A stretch of DNA of 62,910 nucleotides, filler included. It is 5 parts of 5 records of this genome, joined end to end, with 100 filler letters (N's around TTAATTAATTAA, not from the genome) between each part and the next. Parts side by side here need not be neighbours in the genome. Positions count along the whole stretch, not along the records: positions 1 to 25,621 come from DRR723986_22280; 4 more parts are not named here. One strand, written 5' to 3'. Numbering within the stretch: the stretch's first letter is position 1; each line of letters begins with the position of its first letter. The translations under genes were made by a program, and so were the position numbers. Of this stretch, positions 10,233 through 20,642 are shown piece after piece. The notes under the pieces are model-generated. The model did no database searches and was not told the DNA's origin. It saw only the letters and a program-made list of their open reading frames with translations.

Positions 10233-10994
10233 ATGATGCCTTTGTATAGGATGAACAGTCTTGCAAGTTTGATAGAGGAACTTCGAATATTGTTCAGTAA
10301 GGTTCGATTGACAGAGTTTGAAATTCAGGTTCTGGAACAAAAGTTTCCATATTACGCCAGGCTTTCAGAAAAACACAAAAAGGAATTCAGGGAAAAGCTT
10401 CAAGTGATTCTTACTACCAAATCGTTTATAGGTAGGTCAGAAATACGGGTTGTTACTCCAGAAATGAAAATCCTAATCGGAGCAACCATTGTGATGGTGA
10501 CTTTTGGCTGGCATGACCTTCGTCTACGTCATTTCGATAAAATACTGATCTATCCAGATACCTATTACAGCACTATTTCCAAGAACTATCATCGTGGAGA
10601 GGTAAACCCAAGACATGGAATAATTGCAATGTCCTGGAACTGTTTTCTAAATGGAATGGAAAACGAGAAGGATGGAGTTAATCTCGGTATTCATGAAGTT
10701 GCACATGCCCTCAAACTGGAAAATCAGATATACTATAACGATGAATGCGAGTTTTTCAACCCTGAAGTGTACGACGCATTTCAGGAGATAGCTTCAGTAG
10801 AAATAAGGAAAATTAAATCAGGAGAGCTAACTGTTTTTAGGATAAATGCCGGCATTGACGATGATGAATTTTTTGCTGTGGCATTAGAGACTTTCTTCGA
10901 AAAACCTCACGAATTTTTTGATTATCATCCCGAGTTATATGGGTACTTGGTGAGATTGATGCGCCAAGATCCTAGGGTTTGGGTTAAGAAATGA
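10233..10994 (+). CDS. Zinc-dependent peptidase, MtfA/M90 family
   Basis: ILIYPDTY, DGVNLGIHEVAHAL (HExxH), EFFAVALETFFEKP. Confidence 0.85.
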   Translation: MMPLYRMNSLASLIEELRILFSKVRLTEFEIQVLEQKFPYYARLSEKHKKEFREKLQVILTTKSFIGRSEIRVVTPEMKILIGATIVMVTFGWHDLRLRHFDKILIYPDTYYSTISKNYHRGEVNPRHGIIAMSWNCFLNGMENEKDGVNLGIHEVAHALKLENQIYYNDECEFFNPEVYDAFQEIASVEIRKIKSGELTVFRINAGIDDDEFFAVALETFFEKPHEFFDYHPELYGYLVRLMRQDPRVWVKK

Positions 10995-12387
10995 GTAATT
11001 GGTCAACAGCTTTGGTTACAGATTCTACTAAGCCTTCGTAACTTCTTAGATCCTCTCCCCAATAATCTCTCTCACTCAAAAGCTTTTCCACTACTTCTTT
11101 TGTGCTACCAAGCGACCAAGCCGAATTGAATTCAGCCATTAACGTTGGATTGTCATTGACTGGAATTTCTACTCCATTGTAATTTCCTTTATAAAAGACC
11201 AGAAGTGCAGCGAAGGAAAGGGTTAGTTTTTCTGGCCATGCTTTTTTCAATTCATAATAAGCAAGTAAAGAAGGAAGTACCCGGACTTTGAATTTGGAAA
11301 TACTGTTCAACGCGATGGACTTCAATTCATGCACGATAAATGGATTCGCAAATCGCTCTAACACGTCATTTGCAAACTGTTCCAATTCATCCTGAGGCAT
11401 ATTAAGCGTAGGAATGATTTCTTCGAAAATTGCTTTCCTTAAAAACTCACCAATTTCAGGATTTTCCACTGCTTCTCTTACTGTTCTTAAGCCTTTGAGA
11501 TAAGCATAAGGAACCATGGAAGTATGTCCGCCATTTAGAATCCTGACTTTCTGAGTGCGGAAAGGAGCGAGGTTATTCACGAATTTCACATTCAGTCCAG
11601 CTTTGTCCAGCGGGAATTCTTCCTTCACTACATCGGCTCCTTCTATTGCCCAGAAATGATACGGTTCCACCATCACAGCCATGTCATCTTTGTAACCGAT
11701 TTTCTCTTGAATTTCTTCTATTGAACCCTTCGGGAAGCCTGGGACAATTCTATCTACCAGCGTATTGCAGAATATATTTTTCCAATCAATCCACTCCGAA
11801 AACTCTGCAGGCAACTTCCAGAAAGAAATGTACTTCTGAATACACTCTTTTAGTGCTTCTCCATTTCCTTCGATCAATTCGCATGGGAGGAAAATTAGGC
11901 CTTTTGAAGCATCCCCATCGAAAGTTTTGAAGCGATGGTAAAGCAATGCTGTAAGTTTACCGGGGAAAGTTTTGGAAATGCTATCTGCTGAGTGATCAGT
12001 TTGATCAAAGACGATTCCGGCTTCTGTAGTATTAGAAACTATAAAACGTAAATCTGGATTTTCACCTAGCTCTAGGTATTCCTGGTAGTTTTCAAACACA
12101 TTGGTGATTCCGGCCACACTTTTGACAAGTGTAGATTCCTGAACTAGCTCCCCTTTTTTTAACCCCTGTTCGATCACATGAAAAAGGCAGTCTTGGTCCT
12201 TCATTGGATTACTACCCGACTTACTGTGCACTTGGACGATGTGTATGTCACCGTTAAAAGCACCAGCTTGGTTTGATTTTTCAATCATCCAATCCGTAAA
12301 TCCTCTAAGGAAATTTCCATTTCCAAATTGAAGGATTTTAACTGGACGTGGGGATGAAGCTATAGAAGATTTTGAGAGAGATTGCAT
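10984..12387 (-). CDS. uxaB: Tagaturonate reductase (altronate oxidoreductase)
   Basis: ILQFGNGNFLRGF, SNTTEAGI, PCELIEGNG, VDRIVPG, KVRILNGGHT. Confidence 0.93.
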   Translation of the reverse strand: MQSLSKSSIASSPRPVKILQFGNGNFLRGFTDWMIEKSNQAGAFNGDIHIVQVHSKSGSNPMKDQDCLFHVIEQGLKKGELVQESTLVKSVAGITNVFENYQEYLELGENPDLRFIVSNTTEAGIVFDQTDHSADSISKTFPGKLTALLYHRFKTFDGDASKGLIFLPCELIEGNGEALKECIQKYISFWKLPAEFSEWIDWKNIFCNTLVDRIVPGFPKGSIEEIQEKIGYKDDMAVMVEPYHFWAIEGADVVKEEFPLDKAGLNVKFVNNLAPFRTQKVRILNGGHTSMVPYAYLKGLRTVREAVENPEIGEFLRKAIFEEIIPTLNMPQDELEQFANDVLERFANPFIVHELKSIALNSISKFKVRVLPSLLAYYELKKAWPEKLTLSFAALLVFYKGNYNGVEIPVNDNPTLMAEFNSAWSLGSTKEVVEKLLSERDYWGEDLRSYEGLVESVTKAVDQLLIS

Positions 12388-12411
12388 GAAAAGTATGATT
12401 TCGGAGAGCTG

Positions 12412-13446
12412 TTATTTCTTCTGTGTATTGAGAGACGAGTTTCGAATGATGAGCTCAGGTTTGAGGATGGTTCTTTTAGAAAGCGTATTGCTTTGATCCT
12501 TTTGATTGAGGATTTCAAAGAAAGTTTCTGCAGTGATATTTCCCATGGGAATACTTTTTTGATTTACCGTAGTAAGCGTAGGTTCGGTAAACGAAGTGAA
12601 TGGCTCATCACCAAAGCCGACTAATTTCACATCTTGAGGAAGTTTATAGCCATTTTCCTTTAGTACTTGCATTGCACCCATGATCGAATAATCTGAAGAT
12701 GAGAATACCGCATCAAAAATAATTTTGCTGTCAATTATTTCCTGCATGCATCGTCTGCCATCTTCAAGTTGAAGCTTGCTAAAGATTATCAATTCTGGAT
12801 CTACGGGAATTCCATGCTTCAATAAAGCGTCCTCGTAGCCTCTTTTTCGTTCCTTATAGATGTTGATGTTTTGGGAGTTGGAGAAATGCACAATACGCTT
12901 ACATCCTTCTTGGATCAGGTGCTCGGTAGCTTGGAAGGCACCGAAATAATCGTCAATCACCACTTGGCTCACATCCAGTTCATTGGTCACTCTATCGAAT
13001 AGTACCAGAGGAATGCCCTTTTTTATAACTTTCTTAAAATGGTCAACATTTTCTGTGGTCTTACCGATTGAAGCAATTACTCCATCCACCTGCACATTCA
13101 GCAAAGCTTCAATTGTTTGCATCTCTTTTTCATAGTCATCATAGGACTGCGAAATCACTACCTTATAATTAAGGGAATTGGCAATTTCTTCTATGCCTCT
13201 AATAACGGAGGAGAAAAAGTTCCTATTTGCAGTAGGGACTACTACGCCAATGAGTTTACTCCTGCCACTTCTCAGAGCAGAAGCAATATTATTAGGCTGA
13301 TAGTTTAACTCTTTTGCAGCTTTTTGGACTCTTTTCTTGGTAGCATCTGAAATTCTAGGGTTATTGTTCAATGCTCTAGAGACAGTAGAAGCAGTTACCT
13401 GTAGCTTTTCAGCAATATCATGAATGGTGGTTTTCCCGTTTCTCAT
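12412..13446 (-). CDS. LacI-family transcriptional regulator (hexuronate/KDG locus)
   Basis: TIHDIAEKLQVTASTVSRALN HTH, YQPN, sugar-binding domain. Confidence 0.93.
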   Translation of the reverse strand: MRNGKTTIHDIAEKLQVTASTVSRALNNNPRISDATKKRVQKAAKELNYQPNNIASALRSGRSKLIGVVVPTANRNFFSSVIRGIEEIANSLNYKVVISQSYDDYEKEMQTIEALLNVQVDGVIASIGKTTENVDHFKKVIKKGIPLVLFDRVTNELDVSQVVIDDYFGAFQATEHLIQEGCKRIVHFSNSQNINIYKERKRGYEDALLKHGIPVDPELIIFSKLQLEDGRRCMQEIIDSKIIFDAVFSSSDYSIMGAMQVLKENGYKLPQDVKLVGFGDEPFTSFTEPTLTTVNQKSIPMGNITAETFFEILNQKDQSNTLSKRTILKPELIIRNSSLNTQKK

Positions 13447-13491
13447 TTTCTAGGTTAGTGGTGAAACAAGTGGATGGAAATTCTAAGATAA

Positions 13492-14277
13492 CTATTCACC
13501 GGCTGGTTTGCCTATTGTAGCGAGGATTCCGCCGTCTACATAGATGATTTGCCCATTTACGAAATCACTGGCTTTGCTGGCTAAGAAAACTACAGTGCCT
13601 CCAAGGTCATCTGGATCTCCCCAGCGACCCGCTGGTGTACGATTGACTATGAATTCATTGAAAGGATGTCCATCCACCCGTATTGGAGCTGTTTGCTCAG
13701 TGGCAAAATAGCCAGGTCCAATTCCGTTAACCTGAATGTTGTATTTAGCCCATTCTGTAGCCAGGTTTCGGGTGAGCATTTTCAAACCGCCCTTTGCAGC
13801 GGCATATGCACTGACGGTATTGCGTCCAAGTTCGCTCATCATTGAGCAAATATTGATGATTTTTCCCTGGCCATTTTTCACCATGGTCTTCGCTACTCGC
13901 TGGGAAACGATAAAAGGTGATACCAGATCTATATCCACTACTTTTCGAAAGTCTTCAGGATCCATTTCTAAAGCGGGTACCCGTTGGATCATTCCAGCAT
14001 TATTGACCAAAATGTCTATTTCTCCGACTTCTGCCTCGATTTTTGAAATGGCGGCATCTACTGCTTTTGCATCGCTTACATCAAATAAATAGGGATGCGC
14101 CAAAATCTCCTCCGAAGCATATGCTTCGATAGCAGCTTCCATTTTTGCGGGGGTATGTCCGTTTATGACTAAAGTTGCTCCTTGATGAGCCAGGGCTTTT
14201 GCCATGGCCATGCCAAGGCCGTGAGTTGCACCTGTGACCAGCGCAATCTTACCTTTAAGTTCAAAGTTCGGTTTCAT
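13492..14277 (-). CDS. kduD: SDR, gluconate 5-dehydrogenase / 2-dehydro-3-deoxy-D-gluconate 5-dehydrogenase (KduD role by context)
   Basis: TGATHGLG, NNAG, YAAAK; directly downstream of kduI. Confidence 0.75.
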   Translation of the reverse strand: MKPNFELKGKIALVTGATHGLGMAMAKALAHQGATLVINGHTPAKMEAAIEAYASEEILAHPYLFDVSDAKAVDAAISKIEAEVGEIDILVNNAGMIQRVPALEMDPEDFRKVVDIDLVSPFIVSQRVAKTMVKNGQGKIINICSMMSELGRNTVSAYAAAKGGLKMLTRNLATEWAKYNIQVNGIGPGYFATEQTAPIRVDGHPFNEFIVNRTPAGRWGDPDDLGGTVVFLASKASDFVNGQIIYVDGGILATIGKPAGE

Positions 14278-14288
14278 GTAGTTTGGAT

Positions 14289-15128
14289 TTATCTTAATTC
14301 TGAAGGTTTCACCATGTCCATGTCACCATAGTCCATGTTTTCACCTGCCATACCCCAGATAAAGGTGTAGTTTGAGGTTCCGGCACCACTATGAATAGAC
14401 CAAACTGGCGAGATGACAGCCTGATGATTTTTCATCCAGATATGTCTTGTCTCTTCTGGAGCACCCATGTAATGAGATACCACATTTTCTTCTTTCAGGT
14501 CAAAGTAGAAATACGCTTCCATCCTTCTGTCATGCACGTGCGCAGGCATAGTATTCCATACTGAGCCAGGTTTCAATTCGGTCATGCCCATCTGCAATTG
14601 ACAGGTGTCCACTACAGAATTTACCAAAAGCTTATAGATCGTTCTGTGATTGGAGTTTTCCAAAGAGCCTAGTGTGACCACTTCCGCATCTTCCTGAGTT
14701 ATTTTTCTAGTTGGGTAGGCGCAATGTGCCGGAGCGGAATTAAAATAGAGTAAGGTCTCGCCTTCAGAAGCAGGATGGAAGGTCACCTGAGCAATCCCCT
14801 TACCTATATAAAGTGCTTCCTTGTGTCCAAGGTTAATGGATTCGCCATCGACATCAATAATGCATCCTGCACCTACATTGATAATACCGATTTCTCTTCT
14901 TTCCAGAAAATAGGGAGCCTTCAGTTGGTCTACAGATTCCAGTTGAAGTGGTTTGTCCACCGGGTGGATGCCTCCTACAATCAACCTGTCCTCCATCGTG
15001 TAGATTCCAGTAATTTGATTGGGGATGAAAATATTCTCGATCAGAAATTTGTCGCGAATTTCTTGGGTGGGGTATTTTTTGAAGTCCTCAGGGTGTGAGG
15101 AATACCGTGTTTCAATAGTAGTACTCAT
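14289..15128 (-). CDS. kduI: 5-dehydro-4-deoxy-D-glucuronate isomerase
   Basis: FLERREIGIINVG, WNTMPAHVHDRRMEAY, SPVWSIHSG, FIWGMAGEN. Confidence 0.96.
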   Translation of the reverse strand: MSTTIETRYSSHPEDFKKYPTQEIRDKFLIENIFIPNQITGIYTMEDRLIVGGIHPVDKPLQLESVDQLKAPYFLERREIGIINVGAGCIIDVDGESINLGHKEALYIGKGIAQVTFHPASEGETLLYFNSAPAHCAYPTRKITQEDAEVVTLGSLENSNHRTIYKLLVNSVVDTCQLQMGMTELKPGSVWNTMPAHVHDRRMEAYFYFDLKEENVVSHYMGAPEETRHIWMKNHQAVISPVWSIHSGAGTSNYTFIWGMAGENMDYGDMDMVKPSELR

Positions 15129-15135
15129 AAAGGTC

Positions 15136-15157
15136 TATGTGTAATCGTTTGCGCAAT
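15136..15157. promoter_or_regulatory. LacI-type operator upstream of kduI
   Basis: tatgtgtaatcgtttgcgcaat; 17/22 match to the perfect palindrome at 25600. Confidence 0.7.
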
Positions 15158-15311
15158 ATAAGGTTATTTTTCAAAATCAAATATGAGTTTTGTCATTCGT
15201 TTCTGGAGGTAAGACAAACTAGTATTCTGTACTACTCTAAAAATAGGCTGAATTAATTCATAATTAAATAATATTACATACATAAAATTTTTTATTATTT
15301 TTTTTATTTTT

Positions 15312-15333
15312 AATATGCAATCGATTGCTCAAA
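15312..15333. promoter_or_regulatory. LacI-type operator upstream of the DUF4861-GH105 operon
   Basis: aatatgcaatcgattgctcaaa; perfect core GCAATCGATTGC; 17/22 match. Confidence 0.75.
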
Positions 15334-15393
15334 TTGTCGGAAATTTGGCATGAGTAGTTTAGTAGATGTGAAACAGTTTATTTCTCTAACATA

Positions 15394-16701
15394 TTGAAAT
15401 TAAGTGTGATAATGATGATTCTTTACAAAAAAATTAAACTGCTTAAGCAAATGATTTCAGCAGTAACGTGTGGCGTTTTCTTTTTTGTTGCATTGAGTTG
15501 TACGCAAAAAGGGGCAGTGGGAGAAACAAGTGAAATAGATGATGTGATCCAATTGTCAATAGAAAATCCCATAGGTCTTATCAGATCAAATGAAAAAATC
15601 TTGATCTCAGATCAGGTATTGAAAGATGGATTTGATGATTCTAAACACTTGAATTATCGCGTTTTTTTAGGGCAAAAAGAAATACCTTCTCAGCTTAACA
15701 AAAAAGGAAAAGATAAGGGGTTGTTTTTCGTCTTGCCTGAAATCGGTGCAAAACAAGTGTTAGCTATCGAAATCAAAGCATCAAGAGAAGCTACTGCTCC
15801 AACTTATCCAAAACTAACCCAGGCGGAGCTTTCTCATAAGTTTGGTGGAGAATTTAGTGATCGAGAGTACTTTGGAGGCCATTTTGAAAATGTAGATTCC
15901 TTGCATGTTCCAGCTGAGCATACGGATCATTCCTGGTTTATTCGCTACGAAGGCCCGGGTTGGGAGTCCGATTTAGTTGGGTACCGGTTTTACCTAGATT
16001 GGAGAAATGGGATAGATGTTTTTGGTAAAAAAGTAAAAACACCGGTTTTGCAGGATGTAGGTCAGGATGGTTTCGATTCGTATCACGAACCGTCAGATTG
16101 GGGTATGGATGTACTCAAAGTTGGAAAAACTCTTGGGTTGGGAAGTATTGCAACCTTCGAAGAGGGAAAAGCCCGGAGGGTAGATGTGACGGATAGCTTG
16201 TATGCTGAAATCACCAATAATGGACCAGTTTACTCATCCATATTTACCCGCTATTCTGGGTGGGATCTACCTACCGGCAAAACAGATATACTATCCAATA
16301 TCTCAATTCATTCAGGTACAAGACTGTCAAGAATAGATCTTGAGTCCACAAGTTCAATTGAGAATTTTGCCACTGGCTTGATTAAGGATGCGAAAGCCGT
16401 GGTGCTAAAAAGCGATTCAAGTCTATCCTATAGCTATTTAGCTACTTATGGCCCACAAAGTTTAGCTGAAGATAATTTGGGAATCGCAGTGATCTATCCG
16501 ACTTCCCAGTTGACACAGGAAACAGAAGATGAGTTATCACATATTTTGGTTTTTGATTCCAGCAGCAAAAAGTTGAGTTATTACTTTTTGGCAGCATGGG
16601 AGCAAGAGCCAGGTGGGATCACTTCTCAGAAGAATTTTAAAAATTATTTGGATGAGGAAATTTCCAAGCTTTCTAATCCACTCAAAATATCAGTAAAGTA
16701 A
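15394..16701 (+). CDS. DUF4861 family lipoprotein (true start uncertain, possibly ATG 15412-15451)
   Basis: Lipobox-like ALSC; RYEGPGWESD, YRFYLDWRNGIDVFGK, WGMDVLKVG signature. Confidence 0.8.
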   Translation: MKLSVIMMILYKKIKLLKQMISAVTCGVFFFVALSCTQKGAVGETSEIDDVIQLSIENPIGLIRSNEKILISDQVLKDGFDDSKHLNYRVFLGQKEIPSQLNKKGKDKGLFFVLPEIGAKQVLAIEIKASREATAPTYPKLTQAELSHKFGGEFSDREYFGGHFENVDSLHVPAEHTDHSWFIRYEGPGWESDLVGYRFYLDWRNGIDVFGKKVKTPVLQDVGQDGFDSYHEPSDWGMDVLKVGKTLGLGSIATFEEGKARRVDVTDSLYAEITNNGPVYSSIFTRYSGWDLPTGKTDILSNISIHSGTRLSRIDLESTSSIENFATGLIKDAKAVVLKSDSSLSYSYLATYGPQSLAEDNLGIAVIYPTSQLTQETEDELSHILVFDSSSKKLSYYFLAAWEQEPGGITSQKNFKNYLDEEISKLSNPLKISVK

Positions 16702-16743
16702 ACTCTACCTTTTAAATAGTAACAAGTAAACCCTAAATAAGCA

Positions 16744-17961
16744 ATGCTAAAATTACTCAAAAACTCTTCTTTTGTGCTGTTGTCAGGAGCACTTTTGCTA
16801 GGCTGCTCGGCAGAAAAATCCGTGGAAAATATTGAGGTGGAAAGTGTTCCGAAGAAAGATTATTCCGTCTGGATGGCTGACTCCGAAATAGCTAGAAATC
16901 CGGAAGGTTGGACTATTGATTTCAATCAGAAACCTAAATGGGAATACACCCACGGGTTGATCATGTCTTCCATGCAGGCCGTTTGGAAGCAGAAAGGCGA
17001 ACAAAGATTCTACGATTACACGAAGAAGTTTGCGGACTTTATGGTGGACAGTGCGGGAAATATTCTTACTTATAAAAAGTCTGATTTCAATATTGATCGT
17101 GTAAATGGTGGGAAGTTTTTGATTAATCTGTACGATGAGTCGGGTGAACAAAAATATAAGCTGGCGGTGGATGAGTTGCGTGACCAAATGCGAACTCATC
17201 CTCGAAACAAAGAGAATGGTTTTTGGCACAAAAAAATCTATCCGCACCAAATGTGGCTAGATGGCCTCTACATGGGTTCTCCGTTTTTGGCGCAGTATGC
17301 AACTGCCTTTGATGAGCCAGCACTTTTTGATGATGTGGCAAATCAGATTTTGCTGATGGATAAATATGGATACAGCGAGGAAACGGGCTTGTATCACCAT
17401 GCTTGGGACGAAAGTAAAGAACAGAAATGGGCAGACCCGGAAACTGGACTTTCCACAAATTACTGGGGAAGAAGTATAGGCTGGTTTGCAATGGCACTGG
17501 TGGATGTTCTGGACTTTCTGCCAGAGGATCATCTAAAAAGGAATGACATAATCGCGATTGCCCAGAAGCTGGCTAAAGGAATACAGCGCTATCAAACCCC
17601 AGAGGGTGTTTGGTATCAGGTGGTAGATCAAGGAACCCGTGAGGGTAATTATCTGGAATCTTCAGCATCTGGGATGTTTACTTACTTTCTGCTTAAAGGA
17701 GCGGAAAAAGGATATTTGGACCAGGATGATTTTACAGCAGGCAAGAAAGCGTATGAAGGAATGCTGGCTGAGTTTATAAGAGAAGACGCTGACGGCGGGA
17801 TCAGTTTGACCAACGTATGTGGCGTTGCTGGCTTGGGTGGAAATCCTTACCGCGACGGATCTTATGAATATTATGTAGGGGAAGAAATCCGGGTGAATGA
17901 TCCCAAAGGAGTTGGTCCATTTATCTTGGCCTCCTTACAATACGAGAGCCTGGCGAAATAA
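16744..17961 (+). CDS. GH105 unsaturated rhamnogalacturonyl/glucuronyl hydrolase (lipoprotein)
   Basis: LLLGC lipobox; GFWHKKIYPHQMWLDGLYM, WGRSIGW, GNYLESSAS. Confidence 0.93.
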   Translation: MLKLLKNSSFVLLSGALLLGCSAEKSVENIEVESVPKKDYSVWMADSEIARNPEGWTIDFNQKPKWEYTHGLIMSSMQAVWKQKGEQRFYDYTKKFADFMVDSAGNILTYKKSDFNIDRVNGGKFLINLYDESGEQKYKLAVDELRDQMRTHPRNKENGFWHKKIYPHQMWLDGLYMGSPFLAQYATAFDEPALFDDVANQILLMDKYGYSEETGLYHHAWDESKEQKWADPETGLSTNYWGRSIGWFAMALVDVLDFLPEDHLKRNDIIAIAQKLAKGIQRYQTPEGVWYQVVDQGTREGNYLESSASGMFTYFLLKGAEKGYLDQDDFTAGKKAYEGMLAEFIREDADGGISLTNVCGVAGLGGNPYRDGSYEYYVGEEIRVNDPKGVGPFILASLQYESLAK

Positions 17962-18938
17962 TGATAAAAAAACCTATTGTCTATTTGTTTATGATTTTCC
18001 TGAGCGGACTTGTTTCTGCTCAGGAATTTGACTTTGTCGTTGCAAAAGACGGTTCAGGAGATTTTTATACTATTCAAGAAGCCTTTCAAGCAGTGCCTGA
18101 TTTTAGGAAAAATGAGACCAAAATCCTTCTGAAGCCGGGTACTTATAAAGAGAAGTTGGTGCTTTCAGCTTCCAAAACAAATGTGTCTCTAATTGGGGGA
18201 AATGCTGAAACAACTTTAGTGACGCATGATGACTTTGCTCAGAAGAAAAACAAGTTTGGTGAGGAAATGGGAACGACCGGGTCTTCTAGTTTCTTTGTCT
18301 TTGGAGATGGTTTTTATGCTAAAAATATCACGTTTGAAAATTCCTCAGGGCCTGTAGGGCAGGCAGTCGCTGTTCGTGTGGATGGAGATCAGGTTATATT
18401 TGAAAAATGTAGATTCCTCGGGTTTCAGGATACGCTTTATCCACATGGCGACAGAAGCCGACAGTATTATAAAGATTGCTACATAGAAGGAACGGTGGAT
18501 TTTATTTTCGGGTGGTCTACGGCCGTTTTCGAGAATTGTGAGATTTTTTCCAAAGCCCCAAGTGGTTATGTCACGGCAGCTTCCACAGACGAGGATACAG
18601 AATTCGGGTTTGTGTTTATCAATTGTAAACTAACTGGAGATGCTCCGAAAAACTCGGTGTATCTAGGGAGACCGTGGCGGGACTATGCGCAGACGGTTTT
18701 TATCAACACGGAAATGGGAGCTCATATCAAGCCCGAAGGATGGCATAACTGGGGCAAGCCAAATGCAGAGGAAACTTCCTATTACGCAGAATTTGGATCG
18801 ACAGGTCTTGGAGCAACTACTTCCCAGCGAGTGCCTTGGTCACATCAATTGACTGAGGAAAAAGCTGCAAAATACACAGTGGAATCAGTGTTGGCAGGTG
18901 AGGATAATTGGAATCCTACTAAAAAAATTAAGAATTAA
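17961..18938 (+). CDS. Pectin methylesterase (CE8)
   Basis: VAKDGSGDF, GQAVAVR, QDTLY, IEGTVDFIFG, YLGRPW. Confidence 0.95.
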   Translation: MIKKPIVYLFMIFLSGLVSAQEFDFVVAKDGSGDFYTIQEAFQAVPDFRKNETKILLKPGTYKEKLVLSASKTNVSLIGGNAETTLVTHDDFAQKKNKFGEEMGTTGSSSFFVFGDGFYAKNITFENSSGPVGQAVAVRVDGDQVIFEKCRFLGFQDTLYPHGDRSRQYYKDCYIEGTVDFIFGWSTAVFENCEIFSKAPSGYVTAASTDEDTEFGFVFINCKLTGDAPKNSVYLGRPWRDYAQTVFINTEMGAHIKPEGWHNWGKPNAEETSYYAEFGSTGLGATTSQRVPWSHQLTEEKAAKYTVESVLAGEDNWNPTKKIKN

Positions 18939-18967
18939 ATTCAAAGAAACTATAACCAACCCAAAAT

Positions 18968-20641
18968 ATGAAATTTGCAATATTCAGGACATTACTACTA
19001 TTAACTTTGAGTTTAGGGTTTTCTTCTGCCTTTGCGCAGCAAACTCTAGAAACCATCTATGACGGGGTGGAATTCGATATGCCTAAAGTAAAGGAAGCGA
19101 GCTTTCCGGATTTCGAAAAAAGCATTACAGAATATGGTGCTAAGGGAGATGGTTTGACCAAAATTTCCGAGGCTTTCAAATCTGCAATCGAAGCTGTAAA
19201 TAAAGCGGGTGGAGGAAAAGTGCTGGTGCCCCGTGGTGTTTGGTACACTGGACCTATCACGCTCTTGAGCAATGTGAATCTTCATCTGGAAGATGGAGCA
19301 CTAATCATTTTCAGTAGAGACAAAGATGATTACCCATTAATAGAGACAAGTTTTGAAGGGCTGAATACTGTTCGTTGCCTTTCTCCGATTAATGCTTTTC
19401 AAGTAGAGAATATCGCTATCACAGGGAATGGAACCATCGATGGAAGTGGTGAAATCTGGAGGGCAGTGAAGAAAGGGAAAATGACAGAAGCTCAATGGAA
19501 AGATTTGGTCAAAAGTGGAGGGATTGTAGAAGGATCGAATTGGTTTCCTTCTCAATCTTATTTGGATGGGTATAATGCGAGTTCTAGTTTCAATGTGCCG
19601 GATATTACCGATCGGGCCGAATTGCAGAAGATGAAGGATTTCCTTCGTCCGGTGATGGTAAGCATTCGTGAGAGCAAGGTGGTTTTATTGGATGGTCCTA
19701 CGTTTCAAAACTCCCCAGCTTGGAATATCCATCCATTGATGAGCGAAGATGTGATTATAAGAAATTTGAATGTGAGAAACCCCTGGTTTTCTCAGAATGG
19801 AGACGGCTTAGACCTAGAGTCTTGCAAAAATTCCTTGATCTATAATAACACATTTGATGTGGGAGACGATGCGATTTGCATCAAGTCTGGAAAGGACAAA
19901 GACGGTAGAGATCGAGCCATTCCTACGGAAAATGTGATCATTAAGAACAATATTGTGTATCACGGTCATGGAGGCGTAACGGTGGGAAGTGAAATGTCCA
20001 GCGGCGTCAGGAATATCCATGTTTCCAATTGCACATTTATAGGGACGGATATTGGTCTTCGCTTCAAAAGCACGCGTGGCCGTGGAGGTGTGGTGGAAAA
20101 TATCTGGATTTCGAACATTGATATGATCGGAATTCCAACTGAGGCGATTGGTTTTAATATGTTCTACACAGGAAATAGTCCTGTGATAGAAGAAGATCAA
20201 CGTGCAGAGGACGAGGCGAGACAGGAAAATCTAGAGCCGGTAACAGAACAAACGCCTGTATTTCGAAATATTAGCATGAAAAATATTACGGTGACAGATT
20301 CGGAAGTAGCTGCCTTTTTTATGGGTTTGCCAGAAATGAAATTGGAAAACGTTCGCTTGGAAAATGCTGTTTTGCAAGCGAAAAAAGGAATCACTGCAAT
20401 AGATGCAGCAGGTTTGGAACTGATCAATGTAAAAGTATTTGGAACTGATGAAGTGCCACTTACGATCTACAACAGTCAAGGAGTAAAAGTGAGCGGTTTC
20501 ACATTTGAGGATAATGGAAAAGCTGCTGTCCGTGTACTTGGAACCTCTACTAATGTTGAATTTGATCAAGCAGATTTCAAGAGCGGTGATCAGATTACCA
20601 AAGGAAATGGTGTGTCAGAAAGTGCGATAAAACTGAAATAA
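18968..20641 (+). CDS. GH28 polygalacturonase-family hydrolase
   Basis: NSPAWNIHP, NGDGLD, GDDAICIKSG, GHGGVTVGSE, GLRFKS. Confidence 0.93.
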   Translation: MKFAIFRTLLLLTLSLGFSSAFAQQTLETIYDGVEFDMPKVKEASFPDFEKSITEYGAKGDGLTKISEAFKSAIEAVNKAGGGKVLVPRGVWYTGPITLLSNVNLHLEDGALIIFSRDKDDYPLIETSFEGLNTVRCLSPINAFQVENIAITGNGTIDGSGEIWRAVKKGKMTEAQWKDLVKSGGIVEGSNWFPSQSYLDGYNASSSFNVPDITDRAELQKMKDFLRPVMVSIRESKVVLLDGPTFQNSPAWNIHPLMSEDVIIRNLNVRNPWFSQNGDGLDLESCKNSLIYNNTFDVGDDAICIKSGKDKDGRDRAIPTENVIIKNNIVYHGHGGVTVGSEMSSGVRNIHVSNCTFIGTDIGLRFKSTRGRGGVVENIWISNIDMIGIPTEAIGFNMFYTGNSPVIEEDQRAEDEARQENLEPVTEQTPVFRNISMKNITVTDSEVAAFFMGLPEMKLENVRLENAVLQAKKGITAIDAAGLELINVKVFGTDEVPLTIYNSQGVKVSGFTFEDNGKAAVRVLGTSTNVEFDQADFKSGDQITKGNGVSESAIKLK

Positions 20642-20642
20642 G